Position numbers and translations under genes: made by a program
NCBI GenBank assembly: GCA_963813815.1
Contig: CAWFAD010000008.1
Span: 16,900 to 80,899 of the forward strand
From: an uncultured bacterium
Lineage (GTDB): Bacteria; Krumholzibacteriota; Krumholzibacteriia; Krumholzibacteriales; Krumholzibacteriaceae
DNA length: 64,000 bases
Direction of reading: 5' to 3'
Shown here: in pieces, positions 1-8,290 of the stretch
Numbering within the stretch: the stretch's first letter is position 1
How the letters are laid out: each line of letters begins with the position of its first letter
Notes under the pieces: model-generated
Databases searched by the model: none
What the model was told of the DNA's origin: nothing
The model's input: only the letters and a program-made list of their open reading frames with translations

Positions 1-2721
1 CGGAATATCCAACTTTTTTGGCTCTGGAGAAAGGTCGCGGCGATCCGTCGCACGCGCCGGCATCGATCCGAGATCGACCACGGCGTCGAGATCGACTCCG
101 TGGTAGCCCTGCCATCCGCCCGCGTGAAAATCGCTCCCGCCGCGTATCTCGTCGACGAGGCCGAGCGGGCCGCCCGCCGTGTAGAGCGGGCTCGGGGCGG
201 TGTTGAGCTTCACGCGCATCCCTCCCGGCACCTTCTTGAACTCCGCCGAGAGGAGGCGGCTCGGCGCAAGGCCCTCTTTTCTCGCAACGGCCCGGAGAGG
301 GGTCGTCGCGCGGAGCGTGACCGGCTCCGCGAAAATCGCGGACACCGCGTCCGGAGGCGTCTCGGAGAGCGTGTAGGCGATCTCGGCGCCCGGCACGATC
401 GAGGCGAGCGCCACGACGGTCGAATCCGAAAAGATGCGGCTCCCCGAGGCGACGTAGGGCACGGGCGCGATGAGGTGCTCGTCGATGGAGCTTCGCGGCC
501 TGTCGGCGGCGCTCGTTCCCCACGCCGTGTTCGGGCTCGCCCCCATCGTGAAGACGAGCTCTCCCCCGGCCATGATGTCCTTGTGGTCGATGAACCCCTT
601 CGTGTAGGGCTTCCCCCGGAGCGTCGCCTTTTGAATGTGCTTGTTCCCGGCGGACGCGCGCTTGGCCTTGATGACGAAGCGGCGCCCGCCGCCGACGTCG
701 ATCGAAGCCTCGCGGAAGATCGGCGAACCTATGACGTAGGCGTCCTGCCCCGGCGTCACCGGATAGAAGCCGAGAGCGCTCAGGACGTACCACGCGGACA
801 TCTGCCCGCAGTCCTCGTTGCCGCAGAGCCCGCCGGGGCCCGTGCCGTAGAGCTTGTCCATGATCTCGCGGACGCGCTCCTCGGTCTTCCACCGGCGGCC
901 GGCGTAGGCGTAGAGATAGGCCATGTGGTGGCTCGGCTCGTTCCCGTGCGCGTACTGCCCGATGAGCCCCGTGATGTCGGGCTGCTCGCGACCCGTCGTC
1001 TCGCGTGCTCGCCGCGAAGAGCGAATCGAGCCTGCGCGGCGAAGGCCTCGGGGCCGCCCATGAGGCGCGATGAGCCCCTCGACGTCCTGCGGCACGTAGA
1101 AGCTGTACTGCCACGAGTTCGCCTCGGTGTAGTGGCTGCTGACCTCGCTCGGATCGAACGGCTCGACGAAGGCCCCGTTCACGCGGGCCCGCATGAAGCC
1201 GGTCGCGGGGTCGAAGAGGTTCCGGTACTGCTGGGCCCGCTCGAGGTAGCGCGCGTAGTCATCGCTTCGTTGCCCGAGAGCCTTCGCCATCCGGGCGATG
1301 CACCAGTCGTCGTAGGCGTACTCGAGCGTCTTCGAGACCGACTCCCCCTCGCGATCTCCCGGAATGTACCCGAGCTCCCGGTACCAGCGGAGCCCGAGGT
1401 GATCGAGCTCGGCGCTGTGCTTCATCGCCTCGAGGGCCCGCTCGGCGTCGAAGCCGCGGATTCCCTTGAGGTACGCGTCGGCGATGACCGGCACCGCGTG
1501 GTAGCCGATCATGCACATCGTCTCGTTCGCGGCGAGCTCCCAGACGGGAAGGGCGCCGCCCTGCTCGTACTGGGCGAGAAACGTCCGTATGAAGTCCGTC
1601 GTGCGCTCCGGCTCGAGAATGGTGAAGAGCGGATGCGCCGCGCGGTAGGTGTCCCAGAGGGAAAAGACGGTGTAGTTCGTGAAATCGCGCGCCTCGTGCA
1701 CCTCGAGATCGCGCCCGCGGTACCGGCCGTCGACGTCCATGAAGAGGTTCGGCGCGAGCATCGCGTGATAGAGCGCCGAGTAAAAGGCGATGCGCTCGGC
1801 GGCGGTGCCTCCCTTTACCATGATCCTGCCGAGCGACTCGTTCCACGCGTCGGAGGCCGCGCGCCGGGCCGCGTCGAAGTCCCAGAGCGGCGCCTCGGCG
1901 TCGATGTTCTTCCGCGCTCCGTCGACGTCGACCGCCGAAATGCCGACCTTGACGAGCACCGCCTCCCCCGCCCCCGTCGCGAAACGGACGAAGCATTTCA
2001 CGTCGCGTCCGTACGCCTCGTTGAGATCCGGGCGCAGCGTGTCGTCGACGGCGATGCCGTGCGAGAGAAACGGCTTGGAGAATCTCGCGACGAAGTAGAC
2101 GTGCTGGTCCGCCGCCCACGCCCTCGAACGGCGGTATCCTTCGATCTCGGCGTTGCCCGCGATCTTGACGTGCGATTCGATCACCTCGTCGCGGTGCGCG
2201 AGATCGACGATCACGTTCGCGCTGTCGCTCGCCGGGAACCGGTAGCGATGGAGCGCCGTCCGCTTCGTCGCCGTGAGCTCGACCCTGACGCCGTAGTCGT
2301 CCAGCGTCACGGCGTAGTATCCGGCCCTCGCCTCCTCCCGCTCGTGCGAGAATCGCGAGCGGTAGCCGCCGCCGGGATCGTCGGCCGCGCCGGGGTTCAA
2401 GCGCACGGCGCCCACGGTCGGCATGAGGAGCACGTCGCCGTAGTCCGAGCAGCCCGTGCCGCTCAGGTGCGTGTGGCTGAAGCCGTAGACGACGCTGTCC
2501 GAGTGATGGTAACCCGAGCAGCCGTCCCAGCCGGAAAGCCTCGTGTCGGGGCTCGCCTGCACCATACCGAAGGGCGCCTGCGCGCCGGGAAAGGTGTGTC
2601 CGTGCCCTCCCGTGCCGATGAAGGGATCGACGTAGGAGACGACGTCCGATCTCCGTTCGATGGAGCACGAGCCGAGAACGGCGGCCGCCGCGAGCGGCGC
2701 AATCAACGTTACGAAACGCAT
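1..2721 (-). CDS. GH92 alpha-1,2-mannosidase (lipoprotein), running off the left edge; contains indels
   Basis: Manual minus-strand translation gives MRFVTLIAPLAAAAVLGSC...VDPFIGTGGHGHTFPGAQAPFGMVQASPDT, YTEANSWQYSFYVPQD and QYAHGNEPSHH, all GH92 hallmarks. Three compensating +1 insertions lie at ~1003-1065 and one more at ~60. Absent from the ORF track because there is no stop inside the window. Confidence 0.92.
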   Translation of the reverse strand, partial: MRFVTLIAPLAAAAVLGSCSIERRSDVVSYVDPFIGTGGHGHTFPGAQAPFGMVQASPDTRLSGWDGCSGYHHSDSVVYGFSHTHLSGTGCSDYGDVLLMPTVGAVRLNPGAADDPGGGYRSRFSHEREEARAGYYAVTLDDYGVRVELTATKRTALHRYRFPASDSANVIVDLAHRDEVIESHVKIAGNAEIEGYRRSRAWAADQHVYFVARFSKPFLSHGIAVDDTLRPDLNEAYGRDVKCFVRFATGAGEAVLVKVGISAVDVDGARKNIDAEAPLWDFDAARRAASDAWNESLGRIMVKGGTAAERIAFYSALYHAMLAPNLFMDVDGRYRGRDLEVHEARDFTNYTVFSLWDTYRAAHPLFTILEPERTTDFIRTFLAQYEQGGALPVWELAANETMCMIGYHAVPVIADAYLKGIRGFDAERALEAMKHSAELDHLGLRWYRELGYIPGDREGESVSKTLEYAYDDWCIARMAKALGQRSDDYARYLERAQQYRNLFDPATGFMRARVNGAFVEPFDPSEVSSHYTEANSWQYSFYVPQDVEGLIAPHGRPRGLRRAGSIRSSRRARETTGREQPDITGLIGQYAHGNEPSHHMAYLYAYAGRRWKTEERVREIMDKLYGTGPGGLCGNEDCGQMSAWYVLSALGFYPVTPGQDAYVIGSPIFREASIDVGGGRRFVIKAKRASAGNKHIQKATLRGKPYTKGFIDHKDIMAGGELVFTMGASPNTAWGTSAADRPRSSIDEHLIAPVPYVASGSRIFSDSTVVALASIVPGAEIAYTLSETPPDAVSAIFAEPVTLRATTPLRAVARKEGLAPSRLLSAEFKKVPGGMRVKLNTAPSPLYTAGGPLGLVDEIRGGSDFHAGGWQGYHGVDLDAVVDLGSMPARATDRRDLSPEPKKLDIP

Positions 2722-2725
2722 GCGA

Positions 2726-5368
2726 TCACTCCTCCGCGCGGTACGTATCGACGAGCGAGGTGAGCCGGAGGTACGGAAAGACGTCCGCCATTCTCTCGCC
2801 GGTCTCGAACACGACCGTCACCCGTTCCCCCGGAGCGATATCGAAATAGTTGTTCGAAAAATACCCGCGTCCGTCTCCGGCGTCGAGCCAGAGGTTCTTG
2901 ACGAGGACGTCCGACTCGATCTCGATGACGTGCGTGTTTCCCCGCCGCGAGCTGCAGTAGCGGACCTCAGCCGCGGCGCGAACGCCGGATGGATCGGTGC
3001 CGGGGCCGGCCGGCGCCATGGACCGGCGTCCGGTAATAATGACGGTCGGCCGGCAAGAGACGTACTCGACCGGCGGGAGGTCGAGATCCTTCGGAGGCAC
3101 AAAGTAGAAAAGCTTTCTCGCCGCGAGGCCTTCGCCGCCCTCGAGCTTCACGTCGAGGAACACCTCTCCTCCGTCTCGGCCGCGGAGGACGCGCTCGACC
3201 GTTTCCTCGAAATAGAGCGCGCTCGAGAGCCCCGGCGCCTCGACCTCGAGCCATCGCTCCCACACGAGACCCCCGTCGAAATCCCTGATCTCGAGATCGA
3301 GCCCGCCGCGGAACGTTTCGCGGAGATCGGATACGATCCACACGCCGATCTTCCCGTCCTCGACGACCGGCGACACGAGGAGCGGCGCATAGGCCTCACG
3401 CGCGAAGTGATAGAGCGCCTTCGGAACGCCGTCGTAATCGACGCACGACCAGGAAACGGCCGGCCAGCAATCGTTCATCTGCCAGAAGAGGCTCCCCATG
3501 CAGCGCGGCATCGCCCGGCGTTCGGCCTCGATGCCGAACCGCACGCCCTCGGCCTGCACGAGCTGGCTCACGTACGCGAGATGCCGGAAATCCTCCGGCA
3601 CGCGGTACGAGCGCTCCATGTATTCGCGGATGATCGCGTTCCCGCGCGGGTGCTTCTGATGCGTCAGCATCACGTCCGAATCGGCGCTGAGCCCGCCGCC
3701 CCCCGTGAATCGTTCGATCGTTCCGAACGAGGGGAACGATTGAAAACCGAACTCGCTCATGAATCGCGGCACGCGCTCCGCGTATCGTTCGAAAGGCTCG
3801 CCATCGTGCCACACTCCCCAGTCGTGGCAATCCCCCTCCCGAAAACACCGCTCATCGGCGCGGCCGAAGCGTGGAGAGGTTGACACGTACGGGCGGCCGG
3901 GATCGTGCTCCTCGACGACCGCGGGCAGCAGCTCGTGAAAGAGCTTCTCGTAGTCGCGCCATATCCGCGCCGAATCGGCGGGCGCCATGCCACGCTCGCG
4001 CTGCCAGCCCCAGTTGCGCCATCCCTCCTCGATTTCGTTGTTACCGCACCAGAGGGCGAGGCACGGATGATGGCGAAGGCGCTTCACGTTGTCGGCGGCC
4101 TCCCGCTCGACGTTGCGCAGAAACGCCAAATCGCCCGGATACATCGCGCAGGCGAACATGAAATCCTGCCAGACGAGGATGCCGTGCTCGTCGCAGAGAT
4201 CGTAGAACGCGTCGTCCTCGTACACCCCCCCGCCCCAGACGCGGAGCATGTTCATGCCGGCTTCCGCCGCGAGCGCGACGAAATACTCGTACCGCTCGCG
4301 AGAGACCCGGCCGAGGAAGCTGTCGAGCGGGACCCAGTTGGCCCCCTTCATGTACACGGGCACACCGTTGAGCTCGAAATGAAAACCGCATCCGTCCGAG
4401 TCCGGCTCCTCGACGAGGGAGATCGTGCGGATGCCGACACGGCGCTCGGCGCCGTCGATCGAAACCCCGCCGGCGCGAATTTCCCCGCGGATCCGGTACA
4501 AACGCGCCTCGCCGAGGCCGTTCGTCCACCAGAGCTCGGGATCGTCGATCGAGAGCTCGACCCGGCGCCTGTTGAGGCCCGGCGCGAGCGTCGTCTCGAA
4601 GCTCGCCGCCTTCGCTCCGTCCACGGACACCGCGATCGAGACGATCATCGTGTCGCCGGCCTCGATCTCGAAATCCGCGGCGAGCTCGGCGCGGTCCGGC
4701 GCCGCCATCCTCTGCGTCACGGCAAAATCCGATATACGGGCCTCGTCCCACAAGCGCAGGTACACGGGCCGCCAGATGCCGCACGTCACGAGCCGCGGGC
4801 TCCAGTCCCAGCCGTAGTGGTAGGCCGCCTTGCGGGTGAGAACGCGGGGGCCGCCGGGAAGCTCGCAGGGAAGCGCCTCCCACCGTTCCGCGACGGCCGC
4901 AACGGGCGGGCGGAAGCGCACGAGAAGCTCGTTCCGCCCTTCCCGAAGAGCCTCTTCGCAGGGGATCGACCAGCGCCGGAACATGTTGTCCGCCTCGAGA
5001 AGAAGCGAATCGTTGAGGTACACCTCGGCGTACGTGTCGAGCCCCTCGAACACGAGATCGACGCGCCTCGCCGCGAGACGGTCCCTGCCGAGAAAGAACG
5101 TCGTGCGGTACTCCCAGCCGTCGTTTTCGAGGTCCTGAAGCCCCGCCTCGTTCGAGCGGAAGAACGGATCGCCGATGAGCCCGTTCGCGAGAAGGTCCGT
5201 ATGCGCGCATCCCGGAACCCGCGCTCCGCGCCACTCCGAGGTCCCGGCGCGGCGAAACTCCCAGCGGTCGTCGAGATCGATCCTCGAGCCGCCGTCGAAC
5301 ACATAGCAGGAGAGCGAGAGGATCAAGGATGCGAGCGCTGGCGCAAATGCAAAGCGCTTCACTGCCAC
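2726..5368 (-). CDS. GH2 beta-mannosidase
   Basis: RKAAYHYGWDW, KGANWVP, NMLRVWGGG, WQDFMFAC, WCGNNE and RFMSEFGFQS motifs; N-terminal lipoprotein-like signal. The start may be the GTG two codons downstream. Confidence 0.93.
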   Translation of the reverse strand: MAVKRFAFAPALASLILSLSCYVFDGGSRIDLDDRWEFRRAGTSEWRGARVPGCAHTDLLANGLIGDPFFRSNEAGLQDLENDGWEYRTTFFLGRDRLAARRVDLVFEGLDTYAEVYLNDSLLLEADNMFRRWSIPCEEALREGRNELLVRFRPPVAAVAERWEALPCELPGGPRVLTRKAAYHYGWDWSPRLVTCGIWRPVYLRLWDEARISDFAVTQRMAAPDRAELAADFEIEAGDTMIVSIAVSVDGAKAASFETTLAPGLNRRRVELSIDDPELWWTNGLGEARLYRIRGEIRAGGVSIDGAERRVGIRTISLVEEPDSDGCGFHFELNGVPVYMKGANWVPLDSFLGRVSRERYEYFVALAAEAGMNMLRVWGGGVYEDDAFYDLCDEHGILVWQDFMFACAMYPGDLAFLRNVEREAADNVKRLRHHPCLALWCGNNEIEEGWRNWGWQRERGMAPADSARIWRDYEKLFHELLPAVVEEHDPGRPYVSTSPRFGRADERCFREGDCHDWGVWHDGEPFERYAERVPRFMSEFGFQSFPSFGTIERFTGGGGLSADSDVMLTHQKHPRGNAIIREYMERSYRVPEDFRHLAYVSQLVQAEGVRFGIEAERRAMPRCMGSLFWQMNDCWPAVSWSCVDYDGVPKALYHFAREAYAPLLVSPVVEDGKIGVWIVSDLRETFRGGLDLEIRDFDGGLVWERWLEVEAPGLSSALYFEETVERVLRGRDGGEVFLDVKLEGGEGLAARKLFYFVPPKDLDLPPVEYVSCRPTVIITGRRSMAPAGPGTDPSGVRAAAEVRYCSSRRGNTHVIEIESDVLVKNLWLDAGDGRGYFSNNYFDIAPGERVTVVFETGERMADVFPYLRLTSLVDTYRAEE

Positions 5369-5439
5369 CTCTTGGAAGCACGGGCCGAACGGGAGGATTC
5401 AACCGCCGCAGTATACCACAGGATCGCGGCGAAAGTCGC

Positions 5440-5468
5440 TTGACGAAAAGAATCATGAGCGGTATAAG
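5440..5468 (+). promoter_or_regulatory. sigma70-like promoter
   Basis: TTGACG-N17-TATAAG about 100 bp upstream of the Fe-S gene. Confidence 0.55.
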
Positions 5469-5571
5469 GAAATCAGGGCACGTATATTGCTTATTAATTA
5501 ATAGATATTCTTGCTACTGCCCGACGCGGGACCCACGTAACGGCCCCGATACGCCGCGAGAAGGAGCATAA

Positions 5572-6429
5572 ATGGTAGATCGCAAGATCATTCGAATAGA
5601 CGAAGAGCGCTGCAACGGCTGCGGCCTTTGCCTGCCGAAATGCCCCGAGGGGGCGCTGAGAATCATCGACGGCAAGGCCCGGCTCATCGGGGATATTCTC
5701 TGCGACGGCCTCGGCGCCTGCATCGGATATTGCCCCGAGGGCGCCATCACGGTTGAGGCGCGCGAAGCGGAGCCCTACGACGAGAGAAAGGTCATAGCGG
5801 TCATGGCGAAGCTCGGCCCGGGCGTCATATACGCGCACCTCGACCATCTCCGAAGCCACCGGGAGCTCGCGTACCTCGCCGAGGCTCTGAAATACCTGTC
5901 GGAAAACGCCCTTCCCATTCCGCTCGAGTTCCTCGATTCGGGGGGCGCGGCGGAGGATTCTTCATTCAATGCGCCGCCTACCTGTCCGGGCGTCAGCATC
6001 AGGGATTTGACCGGCGAAACCGCCGACTCCCGTCTCGAGGAGGGAGAGAAGGGCCGCTCGCGTCTCGGCCACTGGCCCGTTCAGATAGCGCTCGTGCAGC
6101 CCGCGGCTCCATTCCTCAGGGGCGCGGAGCTACTGATCACGGCCGACTGCGTGCCGTTCGCGTACGCTGATTTTCACGAGCGAATTTTGAAGGGGAAGGT
6201 GTGTCTCGTCGGTTGCCCGAAGCTCGACGACGCGCAGCAATACCTCGACAGGCTCGCCGCGGTCTTTCAGGTGAACGACATACGCTCCGTCACGATCGCC
6301 CACATGGAGGTGCCATGCTGTTTCGGCATGGTGAAGCTCGTCGAAGCGGCGATCGGGCGCTCGGGAAAATCGATCCCCCTCGAGACCCGCGTTCTGAGCG
6401 TGAAGGGCGAGCCGATGGGATGGTCCTGA
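5572..6429 (+). CDS. 4Fe-4S dicluster (ferredoxin-domain) iron-sulfur protein
   Basis: CNGCGLCLPKCP and CDGLGACIGYCP clusters, plus HWPVQ, ADCVP, GCPKLD and MEVPCC motifs of this family. Confidence 0.88.
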   Translation: MVDRKIIRIDEERCNGCGLCLPKCPEGALRIIDGKARLIGDILCDGLGACIGYCPEGAITVEAREAEPYDERKVIAVMAKLGPGVIYAHLDHLRSHRELAYLAEALKYLSENALPIPLEFLDSGGAAEDSSFNAPPTCPGVSIRDLTGETADSRLEEGEKGRSRLGHWPVQIALVQPAAPFLRGAELLITADCVPFAYADFHERILKGKVCLVGCPKLDDAQQYLDRLAAVFQVNDIRSVTIAHMEVPCCFGMVKLVEAAIGRSGKSIPLETRVLSVKGEPMGWS

Positions 6430-6448
6430 TCCTCCCGCCCGGCCCGGG

Positions 6449-6877
6449 CTATCGCTTGAGATCCCACCACCCGTACCAGCCGAGATAGATGGCGAGCTTG
6501 TTGTCGCTGCGGTCCGACTCGAAATAGCGGTCCCAGATGTACTCGACGCCCGCCGTCGCGGAGAGACCCTTCGTCGTGTAGAGATCGAGCGAGAGGCCGA
6601 GCGCCGGACCGACGGTGTTGTTCCAGTCGTACCCTTCCGTATCCACGCGGTAGCGAAGCGCGGCGTAGGTGTTGAGCGTCGCGTGGCGCCATTCGGCCCA
6701 GTCCACGCCCTGCTTCACCCAACCCTGGAGCACGAGGTTATCGGGCAGATCGTCGTGAAACTCCTGCCGGAGGTCGCCCCACGTCGCGCCGCGAAGTCCG
6801 ACGATCGCCTGCGCGCTCGCGGAGAGCAGCACGAGGAACGCCGCCGACACCGATACGAGAATGATCCGTCGAATCAT
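6449..6877 (-). CDS. small secreted, probable outer-membrane beta-barrel protein
   Basis: MIRRIILVSVSAAFLVLLSASAQA signal peptide, amphipathic aromatic strands and a terminal YLGWYGWWDLKR. Its ATG overlaps the upstream stop (ATGA); RBS GAAGGAG. Confidence 0.7.
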   Translation of the reverse strand: MIRRIILVSVSAAFLVLLSASAQAIVGLRGATWGDLRQEFHDDLPDNLVLQGWVKQGVDWAEWRHATLNTYAALRYRVDTEGYDWNNTVGPALGLSLDLYTTKGLSATAGVEYIWDRYFESDRSDNKLAIYLGWYGWWDLKR

Positions 6878-8289
6878 CGTTGTCTCCTTCCATAGATAAC
6901 CGCGTCGGTAAAACCCCATGAATGCCGGATAGTATAGTTCCTGACGAGCCGGAAGTCCCGATCGATGTACGCGCTCCACGCCGCGCACGGGGTCAGCTTG
7001 CCGTAGTAGAGATCCTCGCACACGACGAAGTCGACGTGCTCGGTGAAGGCAGGCTCGTCGCCGTCCACCGCGTCGACGTCCCGCAGGTTGATCCACTTCG
7101 CGCGGGGAAAGCGGTCCTCGAGCGTGTACCGGTAGATGTCGCCGTCCCAGCCGTTCATCGCGACGATCATTCCGTCGAATCCGTTCTCGCCGAAGAACTC
7201 GATGACCGGGCTCACGTCGGGATAGTCCCGCTCGAGCCACTTCAGGTTTCTCGCGCCGTACACTCCGAAGATCAGCACGATGGCCGCCGTGAAAAAGACC
7301 CGGACGGCGCGGCTCCGGGTCCCCGACGAGAAGAGCCTCGCCAGGTGGTCCACGCCGAGCGCGGCGGCCGGCGCGAAAAAGATGACGGCGAAGATCATGT
7401 TCTTGTTGACGCCTTGCTCGGCGCGGGTCACGAGGTGGAGCGCGATGATCGGAGCGCCGAGGGCCATGAGCATCGCCGCTTTCTTCCCGTGCCGCTCGTG
7501 AAAGAGGCCGAACGCGGCGAGCACGAGCACGAGGTCGATCCACCGGAACGCCCTCTCGAAAATGGTTTTGAACGGCACCGTGATGACGCGGTACGTCTCG
7601 ATCTGCCCGCGAACGACCGTTCCCGGCGCGAACTGGTCGAACGCGACATAGAGAGCGCCGAGCGCGGCGATCGGCAGCGCGCAGTAGAGAATCGTCCGCC
7701 TCCAGCCGTGCGAGAAGAGCACGTAGAGCCCGAGCGCGGGCATGAAGATGGGAAGCAGGTATTTCGTGATTCCCGCGATAAAGAGCGCGATCGAACCGAT
7801 GGCGATGGCGAAGGCGCGGTGCCGCCCGGAGGCGACGCGCGTGGAAAGAACGAGCATGCAGAACGACGCGCCGAGAAAGAACGCCGCCGTCATGTCGTAG
7901 GTCGCGAGCTTCGAGAGGTACAGGGTCTGCCCGGTGCATATGAAGAGGATCGCCGACAGGAGCCCGAGCGTTTCGCCGAGCAGGAGGGTCGAGGCGAGAT
8001 ACACGGTCGCGGTGAGCCCGAGCCCGAAGGCGAGGCTCACGATCCGCGCTCCATGGATCCCCCCGAACGAGTCGCCGATCGCGGCGAGCACGGGATGAAT
8101 GCGCGGGTTCCCCGTCGCGTACGGACAGCCGGGGCACGGATCGCCGGCGAGCAGCTCACGGCCCATCATGATGTGGTACGCCTCGTCGATGAAGACCGAG
8201 TTGTAATCGAGATCAAAGACGGTGACGAGAAGCCCGTACAGGAGCACGAGCAGCAGCAGGTAACGTGGCCGTATACTCAAGCGCTTCAT
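6874..8289 (-). CDS. GT-C (ArnT/PMT-like) membrane glycosyltransferase
   Basis: FIDEAY motif after the first TM helix, multiple TM segments, LATYD and TKY motifs. Confidence 0.8.
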   Translation of the reverse strand: MKRLSIRPRYLLLLVLLYGLLVTVFDLDYNSVFIDEAYHIMMGRELLAGDPCPGCPYATGNPRIHPVLAAIGDSFGGIHGARIVSLAFGLGLTATVYLASTLLLGETLGLLSAILFICTGQTLYLSKLATYDMTAAFFLGASFCMLVLSTRVASGRHRAFAIAIGSIALFIAGITKYLLPIFMPALGLYVLFSHGWRRTILYCALPIAALGALYVAFDQFAPGTVVRGQIETYRVITVPFKTIFERAFRWIDLVLVLAAFGLFHERHGKKAAMLMALGAPIIALHLVTRAEQGVNKNMIFAVIFFAPAAALGVDHLARLFSSGTRSRAVRVFFTAAIVLIFGVYGARNLKWLERDYPDVSPVIEFFGENGFDGMIVAMNGWDGDIYRYTLEDRFPRAKWINLRDVDAVDGDEPAFTEHVDFVVCEDLYYGKLTPCAAWSAYIDRDFRLVRNYTIRHSWGFTDAVIYGRRQR

Positions 8290-8290
8290 A

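Noticed and set aside
100-2763. 887-aa plus-strand ORF and similar long ORFs (3905-5443+, 8804-10624+, 11281-14286-, 16926-18980+, 60429-62171-)
   Set aside because: Antisense shadows of recognisable genes, typical of high-GC DNA; Arg-rich with no motifs.
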